Positions 51,724 to 64,000 of a DNA stretch of 64,000 bases are shown here, piece by piece. Where the stretch lies: positions 57,209,851 through 57,273,850 of the forward strand of contig NC_068981.1 in the NCBI RefSeq assembly GCF_001194135.2. Reading direction: 5' to 3'. The notes under the pieces were generated by a model that worked only from the letters and a program-made list of their open reading frames with translations, was not told where the DNA came from and ran no database searches. Origin of the DNA: Octopus bimaculoides. Its lineage: Eukaryota. The position numbers were made by a program, and so were the translations under genes. Numbering within the stretch: position 1 is the first letter of the stretch; each line of letters opens with the position of its first letter.

Positions 51724-52360
51724 TATTGTTTGAGGCTAGAAACAAGCAATCATATCTTTAAAAGAAACAGAAAGGGGGAAATGAACATTTTGTTTTCCCC
51801 TGTTTTTGATTTTCTTTTAAAAATTATAGCTATTTTGTGAAGAAAAAATGAAAATGACTGAAAAAAGTATATTTTAAACAGATAATCACCATAGGCCAGG
51901 TCTTCTCACTTGTAATTTAGTTTTATCAAATTAGAGTTGTTTCTTTCTCTAGTGTATTACTGGTGTGGTTTGCAAGTGAGATGAGAAATAATGCAATGTA
52001 GAAGTTAATTAACATATTCTCTTCCCATTTGCATTAAATACAACTATTTCTTACATATCAACACTGATATTGATGATTTTTTGGTATTTTTTATGTGGCA
52101 AAATTCACTAAGGATTTGTCAAAAGGTATTTTTCAAAGGTGCTGATAATTTATCCAATGTCATTTTATATATTTTCAGTTCTTTTCGTAGATAATTTTGG
52201 TTATGTTATGTGTGTATGCACGTGTTTAAATAAATGTTATTTTCCACTAAACTGACAACAAAAAAATATTTTGTAACTCTTTCAATTTGAAGAAATTTTT
52301 TCAAAATGGTTTTAAAATATATATGTGGGTGTGTGTACTTAAATTTTACTTGAATAATGT

Positions 52361-52397
<37 letters not shown>

Positions 52398-52795
52398 GTG
52401 CATGTGCATGTTGAAAAAGTAGGGGACAAATGAGCTATCCAAGAAACAACAAACATCTGTAACATTGGCACAAGGCCACAAATTTTGGATATAGTTGATT
52501 ATATTGGCCCTGGAAAGATGAAAAGCAAAAGGTTGATCTCAGTGGGATTTGAATTCAGAATATAAAGAGATGCAATAAAATACCACAAGTCACCAACTAC
52601 CATAAATTGAAACAAAATAATAAAACTAACAAATAATGAAAGTGTGTCACTTGTGACATGAAGGCTGAGCTTTTTGAGGAAATGGAGTGGGTAGGAATAA
52701 ATGAGTTGTATTAAACTTCATGCCTTTCCTGGTACTATAAACAACATATAAGAAGTAAAACATTTCCAGTTGGAATGCAAAGTGGCTTGCAGACC

Positions 52796-52832
<37 letters not shown>

Positions 52833-54389
52833 CTGTCCGTCTGTCTATCAAATTATCTGTTGTTCTTTAGCCTCAAATCTGACCCAGACCATGATCAAAA
52901 ATATTCCAGCACTAACCATTCCATTTTTTTCTTTTTATTCAGATATAGTGTATCTTGGATTACATTATCCAATTTTCACGCCAAATAATAAGTATTTAAG
53001 TGAAGTTAAAGTTAAGAGTTTGTGTATTTTTGAATGATTAATCAATATGTCTTCTATGCTGTAATTGATTTTGTTTCAACTCATGGTTTCAGATCAAATC
53101 AGACATGTGCATCTATAAAATTATCCAATGTGTCCTTTATTTAAGATGATAGGATGTAATGTTTGGCTTCTATTTCTCACAAGGAGGCCCCCCTAATTGA
53201 ACTTACCATATAAATATGATTGAAATTTTACACATTTTACATAACTTACACCATTAGAAAGGTATCACAACTTAATTCTCCAGCTATTTACTTGTCCATT
53301 ACAGTTCTTTTGATAATCATTTAAATGATCAGCTACTTCCTGCTACCACTTAAACTATAACTGAAACAGTTAAGTACATATAATGTTTTGCTGATAGTCT
53401 TATTGTGAATTCATATCTACTGTGAGTGTTTTGTTTTGTCTAAGAGAAGAACATTTACATTCATATGCATCACTTCACTTAGCTATTGGGAATTGGTACC
53501 AGATCTTCTGGGATCTTTACCTTCTCATGTCTTATTCAAGAGGGGATAAATCTCATAAGTATTAGCTTTATGAGCCTCTGTGACAATCATACTCACACAC
53601 ACACATGGAAGCATTTAACATTTTTAATGTTTATGAACACATCAAACACAATTCATATAACTATGCAGTTTTCCAGAGATATTTCATTCATTCTAATGTG
53701 AGAAAATTAATATAAACTCAGTCAAAGTTTGAGATTTAAAAACAAAATTTATATTTTCTCTTTAATTTTATTTATTCTTTAAGCTCCTTATACCTTTTTT
53801 GTTGTTGTTTATTAATATGAATTAAAGATTAAAATACATAATATTCAAATAAAATTGATTTATAACTTTGGCACACTAATGTAATTCTATAATGGAAAGG
53901 AATGAGATTGTGTGACATTTATACCTTTCTCAAGAGTATTAGCAGTATAAGTTAAGTGAATTATCTTCAGCTGGGAATAGAAATCTATTTACAGAGAACT
54001 TACATGTTGTTCTACAATATTTGTTACAAATATTCAGATAAAATGAAACCTGTCTTATTTTTTGAGAGGCAAAATGGCCATATGGTCAAAATATTGATAT
54101 TCCTACTAGCTCTTCTGTTTCAGCTCAAAGCCTGCAACAGATAATTTTTGTGTGTGTTTATGTGCGTGTGCCTGGACAAAATTCTATTTCATCTTGGCTT
54201 TTTGCATAAAGATGCAAACAAATGATTAGCTACTAGGAGGAGCTATCAGCAGTCTGCTTTATACACACATACTTGCATACATGCTATGAATGTGTGTGTG
54301 GGTGTGTGTGTCCATCCGTCCTTCTTTGGAATTTGATTTGATTTTGATTTACTTGACTCAATAGGTCTCCTGATGATTTAAAGGTATTT

Positions 54390-54869
54390 TTTAAATGGGC
54401 TGGTTATGTGACACTGGTGTAGGCTACAGCTGTGATCTCACTTTCCTTGCCAGGTCTTCTCAATCACAGCATATCTCCAGAGGTCTTGTCTTTCATCATT
54501 GCTTCTATGAGGCCCAATGTTTGAAGGTCTTCCTGGGTCTCCCTCTTCCACAGGTTCCTTCCACTGTTAGGGCGTGGCACTTTTGCACACAGCTCTCCTC
54601 ATCCATACATAGCACATGACCATACCAACGCAGTCGTCTCTTTTGCACACCACATCTGATGTTTCTTATGTCCAACATTTCTCTCAGGGCACTCACACTC
54701 TGTTGTGTATGCACACTGACATTACACATCCAGCGGATGATACTAGCTTCATTTCTTTCAAGCCTACGCATGTCTTCAGCAGTCACGGCCCATGTTTCAC
54801 TGCCATGTAACATGGGAGTTCGCACACATGCATCGTACAATCTACTCTGAGCAAGAGGCCCTTTGTCAC

Positions 54870-54870
<1 letters not shown>
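54390..54870 (-). mobile_element. RTE LINE 3' end (relatively young)
   Basis: ORF 54505-54918(-): RLYDACVRTPMLHGSETWAVTAEDMRRLERNE...RRLRWYGHV...VEGTCGRGRPRKT, followed by the 3' UTR. Confidence 0.9.
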
Positions 54871-54913
<43 letters not shown>

Positions 54914-54915
54914 GG

Positions 54916-55057
54916 CATCCAGGAAGGGCATCCAGCTGTAGAAACTCTGCCAAATCAGATTGGAGCCTGGTGTAGCCATCTGGTGTAGCCAGTCCTCAGT
55001 CAAATTGTCCAACCCATGCTAGCATGGAAAGTGGACGTTAAACGATGATGATGATGA
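54916..55057 (+). mobile_element. RTE-3'-like short element with (GAT)n tail
   Basis: Homologous to 25567-25728. Confidence 0.8.
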
Positions 55058-55141
<84 letters not shown>

Positions 55142-56100
55142 ATATATATATATAGGTGCGGATGTGGCTGTGTGCTAAGAAGCTTGCTTCCCAACTACGT
55201 GGTTCTGGGTTCAGTCCCTCTGCGTGACACCTAATCAACAAATAAATTGAGTTAAAGCATCTGATATGGATTTATTACTTTTAAGATTATTGTCTTCCCT
55301 AAGCAATATCTTTTATCTTCTGCCTGTTTCAGTCATTGGACTGCAACCATACTGGGGCACCACTTTGAAGAAACAGGCTTCATTCAGTTTCTATCTACTA
55401 AATTCTCTCCCAAGGCATTGGGTAACCTGGAGCTATAATGGAAGATACTTAACCAAGGTGCCATACAGTGGAACTGAACCTGGAACCATGTGGTTGGGAA
55501 GCAAACTTCTTATCACACACTGCCACACCTGCACTTCACGTTGGGGTGGAACCCAGAACAACATAGTTACAAAGCAAGCTTCTTACCACACTAACAAAGT
55601 TCAAAAATAAATGAAGCCTCATACATTGAATGATACATCTTACAAAAAAATTAGTTCCCAGTTTGCAGCAGGAATTTGCTTTCTCTCTTTCAGCTGCATG
55701 TTTAATGTATAGACCACAACGCAATCATTCATTTAATTCAATTACTCAAGCATTTCATACTTTACTCAATGCCAGCACTCAGTACTTAATTTTCCAGAGT
55801 ATTTCTCAAAGGCCTCCTATGAATTTACTATCTCCTGTAGCTTCTCCTCTATAATTTCATTCAGCTTCTAAGATGCATTATACAAATATACATCAACCCC
55901 AGTACTTATATAGTATTATATTTTATCGACCCCCAAAATGATGAACAGTGTAGAGAATTGTAAATCTGGCCAAAATTTACAATTCACAAAAATGTGTGAT
56001 CACAGTTGAAATAGTTTCATTTACATTTTCTAATGGTCTAGCTATGACAAGCTGAAGTGACTATTGTAGATAATACATATGACATGAGGTTTCAATTTAA

Positions 56101-56321
56101 CCCTTTAGCATTCAGATTATTCTGTTAAATGTAATGCTTATTTATTCACATTATTTTGAATTAATCACGCATTATCTTGTAGTTTTGAAATTTTGATGAT
56201 GTGATTGTATATTTTTAGAATGAAATTATAGGGTAGATGTCAGAGGCCAGATGTGGCCAGTTTGAACTTAAAACCCAGTATAATATTTTGGCTGGATATG
56301 ACCAGTTTCAATGCTAAAGGG
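56101..56321. mobile_element. piggyBac-type MITE, second subfamily (221 bp)
   Basis: TTAA|CCCTTTAGCATT ... AATGCTAAAGGG|CTAA (12-bp perfect TIR, one TSD mutated). Confidence 0.8.
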
Positions 56322-57639
56322 CTAAACATGAAGGAAATGGTATGCACAGATAAGATTAATGTTACACATTAACTCAAAGTGAATGTCATTGAAATGAAGA
56401 TGAACAATCTACAAGTTTGTTGATCTTTATACATTCCTGTGCAAGTACACACATATATGTAGTAGGAAGCACCCAAGGTACTACACAGTGTGGCTGGCCC
56501 TGGGATCACGTTGTTGAGAAGTAATCTTCTTGACACTTGCTATATGTATACAGATGTTTGTTTATTTGTTTTCAGAAGGAAGAAGAATGTATATGTACTG
56601 GCAAAAAAGTTCAGCATTATTGGTTGAAACTGTTGGTTATAAAGAGACTTCATCTCTGAACTTTTGGTAAAAGCAATACAGCAAGCTATACTGATAGAAG
56701 GTATTATCAATGAACTGATTATTGGTCTGTATGGGAGTATCTGGTAAAAGTTATGTCTGAGCTGATGATTCCATAGTTGGTCTGCCACCCATTGCTGTTC
56801 TATCCATTGTCATACCACTGCCATGACAATTCTTAGAAACACTGTGACTCCTGGTTACATTACTTGCTTCAACTGCTACACAATCTCAAAATAGCCATTT
56901 GGGGCTCTGACAACTGGCAATCATTACTAACAATGACAGTCAGTCAATTCTCTTCTAATACAAGTTCAAAAGTGGTTGTTAATACAGCCTTGATCTAAGT
57001 TGTTGTTTACTATGAATAGTAGGTATGTGTGTTGATGAACTAGGTTCATTAACTGACTTCAAATGTGATGACATTGGTATGTTTATTAACACCAGTCTGA
57101 CTAATGTTAGACACTCATTCACTAAGACAAACTTCCAATTTGTGGATCTACTGAGGTAACATGAATATTAAAAAAAAATTAGACATTCACTGCAAAGGCA
57201 AAATTAACCTCTGCAGAAACCAAGACTACAAAGGATCAAATTAAATACCACTTAACAGTCACCTCTTGCTCAATTGAAAATAAGCATGGGCTATTTTCTT
57301 GAAACTGTTTCATCTTTTTCTTTTACACAACTATCACTTAAAATGGATTGCAACATACCAAACCTATATACTTCAGTTTTCCACTGGCCAGCCTGCTACA
57401 AATAGTAACCATATCTCTCTTAAATACCATCTTATTCTCTTGCAAAAGGATGGATACATGAAGCAATTTCACCCTAGATATATAAAAAGATGGGGTGTCT
57501 ATGGCTGGAATACCTTTGACCTCTATCAGGATTGACCTGGAACTAAACAAGAAAATCATAAATATCCCGTCAATATGTCAAAAAGTGTGTGTGTGTGCCA
57601 TTAGTGAAATTTACACATCCCTACCAGTATTGAAAAATT

Positions 57640-58545
57640 ACTCCAGTTAGCTTCCACCAGCAGTAAATCCAAAGTAATAATCAATTTTTGGTCAACAGAA
57701 TTGTGGTCCAGAATTAGTAGTGCTAAGAATAACTTTCAGGAACTTTTGCACTGCAGGAATGAAGTGCAAGAAAAACCAATACTTATAGATATGCATGCTG
57801 AACTACCATTACTGAAAATAACAATAAGGCACTAGTAACTGGTGTATTCTATCTTTCAAAATTGCAAATATGATGGCCCCAGTACCACTGTTAACTTTAA
57901 AAGGTGCATACTGTTTGTGTTTATGAAAATCATTGAAAATTATTTTGTAATTGATGAGACTTTATTAAGAGTGTGGAGGCTTCAGTCTTAAAAGTTTGGG
58001 TATTCCAAAGTAGTAACTGCTACTATATTCCATTACACAGTAGGAAAATGAGGAGCTCATCACACAATTCATTTGACCTCTTCCTGAATTGTTTGATTTT
58101 CTCAGTGCACTGCTTGCCTCACCATGGATAATTTTGTTACCTATTCCATAGCAATTTCTAAATCACAATAATCGCATGTCACTGTCTTCAAAATTTTCGA
58201 TACCTGTAACTTGGTGGCAACACTTGGGATTCCTTCTACACCATAGACTTTATTGCAAAAAGATTGTTAATGAATAAAACATTTCATGACTGCTTCTTCA
58301 ATATTAATATTTTTTGCAACTTTTTTGCATCATCAGATAATAATTTAACATTTGCACCAGTATTATATTTCAAAGAAAATACAGTGAGTGTATCCTGTGG
58401 CCAAAAGTTTTGCTTTTTAACATCAAATACTTCAAAACTTCTCACCACCAAAGCACTAACCTCTAACTTCCATATAAGTTCTAGTTTCTGGTTCAAAGAA
58501 AGAGACACATGTTTCTTTAGATTACTACACTTCCTTAAAGCCATG
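57640..58545 (-). pseudogene. Ancient Tigger/pogo (Jerky/CENP-B-like) transposase remnant
   Basis: KKHVSLSLNQKLELIWKLE (CENP-B HTH), RFRNCYGIGNKIIHGEASSA, FIPAVQKF and ALLILDHNS (DDE_1 LLLDN-like), in the expected order with many lesions. Confidence 0.7.
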
Positions 58546-59315
58546 ATGTAAACTACAGGGTAGAAAGATTTAACAAAAATCACAGAGCCACATGAGTTAT
58601 GTTGTGTTGAGTATATGGATAAATATATATTTATCTTGTGCATCAGTGTCAACTTCTTGACCATCAGTGATAAAAGGTCTCCATCAGCTTTATTGACATA
58701 ATGAGCTATAGTTACAGCAGCTGTGATATTCATGGTTTTCCTATCATTTGCAGAATTAAAGAATGGTTATGATTAAAAATGGCGCCTGGTTTGCAACATT
58801 TGTTCAAGAGAGCTTAACACATACATTATGGGGTTCCTGCAATCTGAGAATATTATAATCAATATGTAAGGTTTTTCAAAGTTGTTACAACTTTCTCAAC
58901 CTTTACTGCTCTGACGAAACTTATCCCTTGAATAAATTTCACCCTCTCTTCTTTTTAATATTTATCCACATTATAATTAAAAGGAATTTATACTCTATTT
59001 TTGGCTCAACTTTATAAAATAGACATCTTCATTTTATTTTCTTAAAGATTTAATATCATATCTAAAAAGAAGTAGGAATATCTCTAATCAGAACCTACTA
59101 ATAGTTATATGTCTATTTTGAGGGATTTCTGCTAATATAATGAGACAGCAATGTCACATGATTATGTAGAAGATAAATCTGAAACAGTGGCATTGTTTCA
59201 ACCATGCTAATCAAAAGTCTTGTCTAACACTTTACCTACTACTATATATAACATATTTATTACTAGAAGGTGATTGGAATAAACTACTGCTTTTGAAAAT
59301 TTTACATTTAATGCA

Positions 59316-59505
59316 CAGGCATGACTGTGTGGTAAGAAGCTTGCTTCCCAACCACATTATTCCAGGTTCAGTCCACTATGTGGCACATTGGGTAAGTGTC
59401 TTCTACTATAGCCTCAAGCTGACCAAAGCCTTGTAAGTGGATTTGGTAGGCAGAAACTGAAAGAAGCCCATTGTGTGTGTGTGTGTGTGTGTGTGTACTG
59501 TTATG

Positions 59506-59537
<32 letters not shown>

Positions 59538-59800
59538 CACATCTTTGTGTCTGTGTTTGTCCCCTACTACTGCCTGACAATCAATGCTGGTGTGTTTACA
59601 TCTCCATAACTTAACAGTTCAGCAAAAGAGACCAATAAAGTATGTGCCTGGCTTTAAAAGAAAGTATTGGGGTCGATGCATCATCATCATCGTTTAATGT
59701 CTACCTTCCATACTAGCATGGGCCATTCGCCTAAAATTTCAAGGCGGTGCTCCAGTATGGCTGCAGTCAAATGACTGAAACAAGTAAAAGATAAAAGATA
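59316..59800 (+). mobile_element. Full-length SINE family B
   Basis: gcacaggcatgactgtgtggtaagaagcttgcttcccaaccac head, ggttcagtccc B-box-like element, (TG)n/(TA)n middle, tail aaggcggtgctccagtatggctgcagtcaaatgactgaaacaagtaaaagat. Confidence 0.8.
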
Positions 59801-61239
59801 ATGAATTGTTAACTTATATTTCTTGAAATTTGCTCCCTTGCATTTTTTGAAGGGCATAGGTTGTCTTCGTCTATTCATTTGTTTGTTTAACATCCATTTT
59901 TCCATGCTTGTATGGCCTGGACAGAAAACTGATTTTGAGATAGGATTTTATGGCCAGATGCTTTTCCTGTCACTAACCCTCACCTGATTTTTCAGGTAAC
60001 AAGTTTTTATATTCCACAAGTCTTCAAAAACACAAAACTGATGGTCATAATCACTAGTGTAAGTAGAGTGTGTGCCACCCAGGGCAACACTTCCATTTGC
60101 CACCCTGGGCCCCACTAAAAAACCATATATTGCCCACAGTAGACCCAAAAGTACTTCCCCATTAAAAGTACCACCCCATAATGTCAACAAGAAATGTTAA
60201 TATCAGCACTGCTATTCATACATGGTGACAAATGAAATATCAAGACACACATTCATTTGCACATTTACATACAATATGATGAGCTTCATACAGTTTCTGT
60301 CTGCCAAGTTCACTCACAAGGCATTGAGCTGCCCTGGGCAATAGTAGAAGACATTTGCCCAAGGTACCACACAGTGGAAGTGAACTCAAAACTAGATGGT
60401 TGTAAACTGAACTTCTTAATCACACAGCCCTATCTGTACCTATTATGTTTTTTATAATGATTTTCTCAGTAATCAAAGATGCTTACTATGTTTACTCCAT
60501 CTTTATCATCTGAAAGTCATTATCTTCATTGTCATTGTATGTCTGTCATCATCTTCTATCCATTCCCATAGTGTCATCTGCTGCAGGAGTTCCAACCTCT
60601 TATTTCCACCTCATCAACCATTCTTCATTCTAGCAATGTAGCAATGATGTTTGCTGCTGCTCCCTTCAGTGATGTCCAGAGGCCCTCTGGTTATATTTAT
60701 CTTCGTTAATGTCTGTATAGCATGTGTCACAGCAGGATTCTTATCCATCTGCAGACATAGGTTGCAAGAATAAAGCTAGGAGAAGATTTTACCATTAATT
60801 ACCTCCCACTGAGGGTCAGTGTGACCAGAATAGCAATAGTATTTGAGTTATCATAATTATCTTCACTATCAGCTTTATTTCTTTTTTTTCTTTTTCTCTC
60901 TCTCTCTCTCTTTTTAAACTAGTATGACGAGAATAATTCCCAAATATAAGAGTTTTACTAATAAAGGTCATGATGCAATTTCATATTTTCTACCAAGCTA
61001 TGTATAAAATCTATGTTAACTACTTTTTGAAATTAAATAAAAGCATATCATTAAATAATATTTAATCATAATTATTAATCCAACTAAATGTATATTCTTT
61101 TTTGCCTGTGGCTCATTAAATATTAACTAACTGGTAAAACTTGATAAAATTGTATCTGCCTTTTTTTAAATTCACAACTACCAATATGGGTCACTTTTGG
61201 GCCAATTTTTCACCCTTTTATTTACTTATTCACTTGTTC

Positions 61240-61280
<41 letters not shown>

Positions 61281-62187
61281 CATACATCTGTGTGTGGTTT
61301 GCTTATCTTCACTATCTTAAACATCTCTTTCAACATCATTCACATAAGTTACATTTTTAGTTTCCTTCCAACATTGTGCTGTGCTTCTCTGAGATGTTGT
61401 TTCATCAACTTTATCAATAATAAATAGCCTCATATAGAAATATTTAAATTTTTTTTCTCATAAAATTCAATCAACATTTTTACACTTTATTAACTTTACA
61501 ATCTATATTGCAAAGAATATTAAAGTGATATAATATTATGATATAAAAATATTATGATATAGAGAGGAGTGGGGAATTTGTGGAGAAAAAATATTTTTTA
61601 AGCCTCCCAAACTATGTTATTTAATGAACATGAAATAAGAGAATTTTATTTCCTCTCAAAACCTAAATAAAAACAATTCAAAATAGAACATGAAACAAAC
61701 TTTAATAGATTTCATTTCTGATAGTCATTTAAATTTAGGTGCAACTGCTTTAAAAAGAAATTACACTTACTTCTTCAAGAATAACATAAATTTATACTAA
61801 TACTCCCATTGTGTGGGTGTGTGTGCATGTGTGATTTCTTCTTTTTCTTTTAATTTTTTTTTTTTTTTTTGCTTTTACTGCTTGATTAAGTTGAAATCTC
61901 AAATACCTAATAGCAATCACTTAACATTAACTCATTTATATACGTGTGTGTGTGTGCTTTACTTTAGATACCAGATGTGTTTATTAAGTAGATAGATATA
62001 CTGGAATGAAATGCAAAGTAGATTTTTGTTCAAATCTTGTATTAGTGTTTAGGAGCCATATTAAATATTTCATTGATTTTTCATAATTTATAGTTTAGAG
62101 ATATCAGGGGAAAAGCCCTCCAGTAGCGACATATGAATGCATTCCGAATTTTCTTCTATTCTCCATCCTATAATTGTTTGTGTTCAC

Positions 62188-62213
62188 TCTATCTATCTAT
62201 CTATCTATCTATC

Positions 62214-62279
<66 letters not shown>

Positions 62280-62330
62280 TTATTTATCTATCTGTCTGTC
62301 TATCTATCTGCTTATCTGTCTATCTTCCTC
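62188..62330. repeat. (TCTA)n microsatellite
   Basis: Direct reading. Confidence 0.95.
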
Positions 62331-62754
62331 TCTCATCTAAATATTATGTGAATTGACATTTTCTGCTCATCATCATTTGGTTTTCACTTTCTTCTCAACT
62401 TCCTTTCTGTCTTCAACAAAAAGAATGTTTCCCTACAGAGATTTAGTCTTGCTATACAACAAATACATTTGATTTTCAGGCAGCATGCAGCCTACCCTTT
62501 TTTTTTTTTTTTTTGCTTCTTCTTCTTTCTCTTCATTTTCTTTTTCATTTTGTTCATCATCGTTGTCATCATCATTGTCATCATCATCTTTTTCTTCTCC
62601 TTCTTCTATGACTCAAGCTCCATTGCAACCAAGTTGTCTGGCCTTCAGATGAGCTTTATAAGAAAGAAATAGATTGACAATTTCTTGTGAAAATCTTCAA
62701 ATCCCTCCCTTGTATTGTCACTGCAGGAGCTTCTATGCATGCAAATGTGCTGAA

Positions 62755-62764
62755 TCCCTGGGGA
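62755..62764. promoter_or_regulatory. Perfect EBF/COE palindrome TCCCTGGGGA next to the octamer ATGCAAAT (62739-46)
   Basis: Context AATCCCTGGGGAAT is one mismatch from ATTCCCNNGGGAAT; two weaker sites follow within 60 bp. Confidence 0.4.
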
Positions 62765-63278
62765 ATGTAAATTCTCTGGGAGGGAAGCCATCAGCTTGGC
62801 ACAAGTTCACATCTCCTGGGGGCAGATTGTCTGTTGTCTAACATAGGATGCTGAGAGGTGGAGTGGTAGTCTTTGGTCATTTGGGCACTGGCTATTTGAT
62901 ATGACAGACAGGAATGATAATTAGATACATGCGAATGTAAGTAGAAAGACAGTAAGAAAGAAGTTAGAGAGAGAGGAAAGGAGAGCTGTAACAAACTTCA
63001 GCTATAGAACTCTATGAAGAGCAGCAGTTATGAAGCTTGGAAGAAATCTACAAAAATAAATAAAAAAAACAAAAAACCACCATCAACTGTTTGATAAAAT
63101 ATGTTTACAATATGTCCATCTTGAAATTTTAGTATTTTCCCATTTTTGATTTCTCCATCAGCATTATATTTCTCACTTCTAATTTCTGTTTTCCATATCC
63201 CATTTCTCACCTGCTTTTTGACCGTTTCATACATTCCACTCTATTTTCACACCTTACCTGCCTTTTTCTTTATGCTTT

Positions 63279-63436
<158 letters not shown>

Positions 63437-64000
63437 AACTAGATATTCTGTTATTTCACCCTACTATTATTATCTCCCTCTGAATTTCTCTTACAACTCT
63501 TCACCTCTCTCTCACTCTCCTTCATATCTCACATACCCTTTCTTTACTCTTTACTCAGAAAGCAAGAAACCAACCCTTTTTACTTCTTTTACTTTAACCT
63601 GTCTCAATGGTATTAATTATCAGTTTGCAGCCTTGCACCGATTGGTGCTGTGTTGAAAATCAGCATCTGGACATGGTTTAAATTGGAAGCTTTATAATGG
63701 TTCCCTGGACAGTGCTACTGGCTGAGCTACAGAAATTGATTATGGTTAGTCAGAAGTCAGATGATACTCCCAGAGGAAAGCTGAGAGAAGAGGAGGGGAG
63801 GGAATTACAAAGTAACAACAAAACTTGCAATCCAATCAAAATATGTTTGATGGATGAAGTACCTGATGGTGGTCCTGATGAGAAAGCTGCTAGCTTGATT
63901 ATTCTTTTCACACTCATTGTGCTTTCAAAGCTCTTTCTCTCCCTCTCTCTCCCTCTCTCTCTCTCTCCCCTCTCGCCCTCTCCGTTAATCTATCAACTAT

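Noticed and set aside
56540-57150. Ser/Thr-rich, coding-looking minus-strand stretch
   Set aside because: Frequent stops, no splice pair and no recognisable domain; possibly an ancient repeat.
60470-60760. Minus-strand segment with AG acceptor, GTAAGC donor and an AADDTMG peptide echoing the host exon
   Set aside because: Stops in all frames; the similarity is short and low-complexity.

Overview
AT-rich, microsatellite-dense eukaryotic DNA with 8 N-gaps. The SINE, RTE and mariner repertoire points to an octopod cephalopod (inference). The window lies inside one large + strand gene, of which only two coding exons are visible: 392-457 (66 nt) and 32291-32473 (183 nt), both phase 1-1. Spliced, they read (G)NPYGEEIDDEETQNSELLGSS|DSQSLDDGKPEKVSPTNSVISTMAADSTEDDTMGDYTCEMCSATFHSLNQFMNHRNFECLG. 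The C-x2-C-x12-H-x4-C finger, its acidic lead-in and the exon phases best fit the N-terminus of a ZNF423/ZNF521 (Oaz) family protein. The rest is intron, filled with decayed RTE LINEs, tRNA-derived SINEs, mariner/Tc1/pogo transposase pseudogenes, MITEs and Penelope-like fold-back fragments. Most notable observations: (i) four minimal hammerhead-ribozyme-like motifs, two of them head-to-head in one fold-back element; (ii) perfect and near-perfect EBF/COE palindromes in the introns of a putative EBF-partner gene; (iii) a recent 35-bp templated insertion whose copying direction can be read from RTE homology; (iv) one SINE family found only antisense to the host gene. No prokaryotic-type system or CRISPR array is present. 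All calls were made by eye, without database searches.
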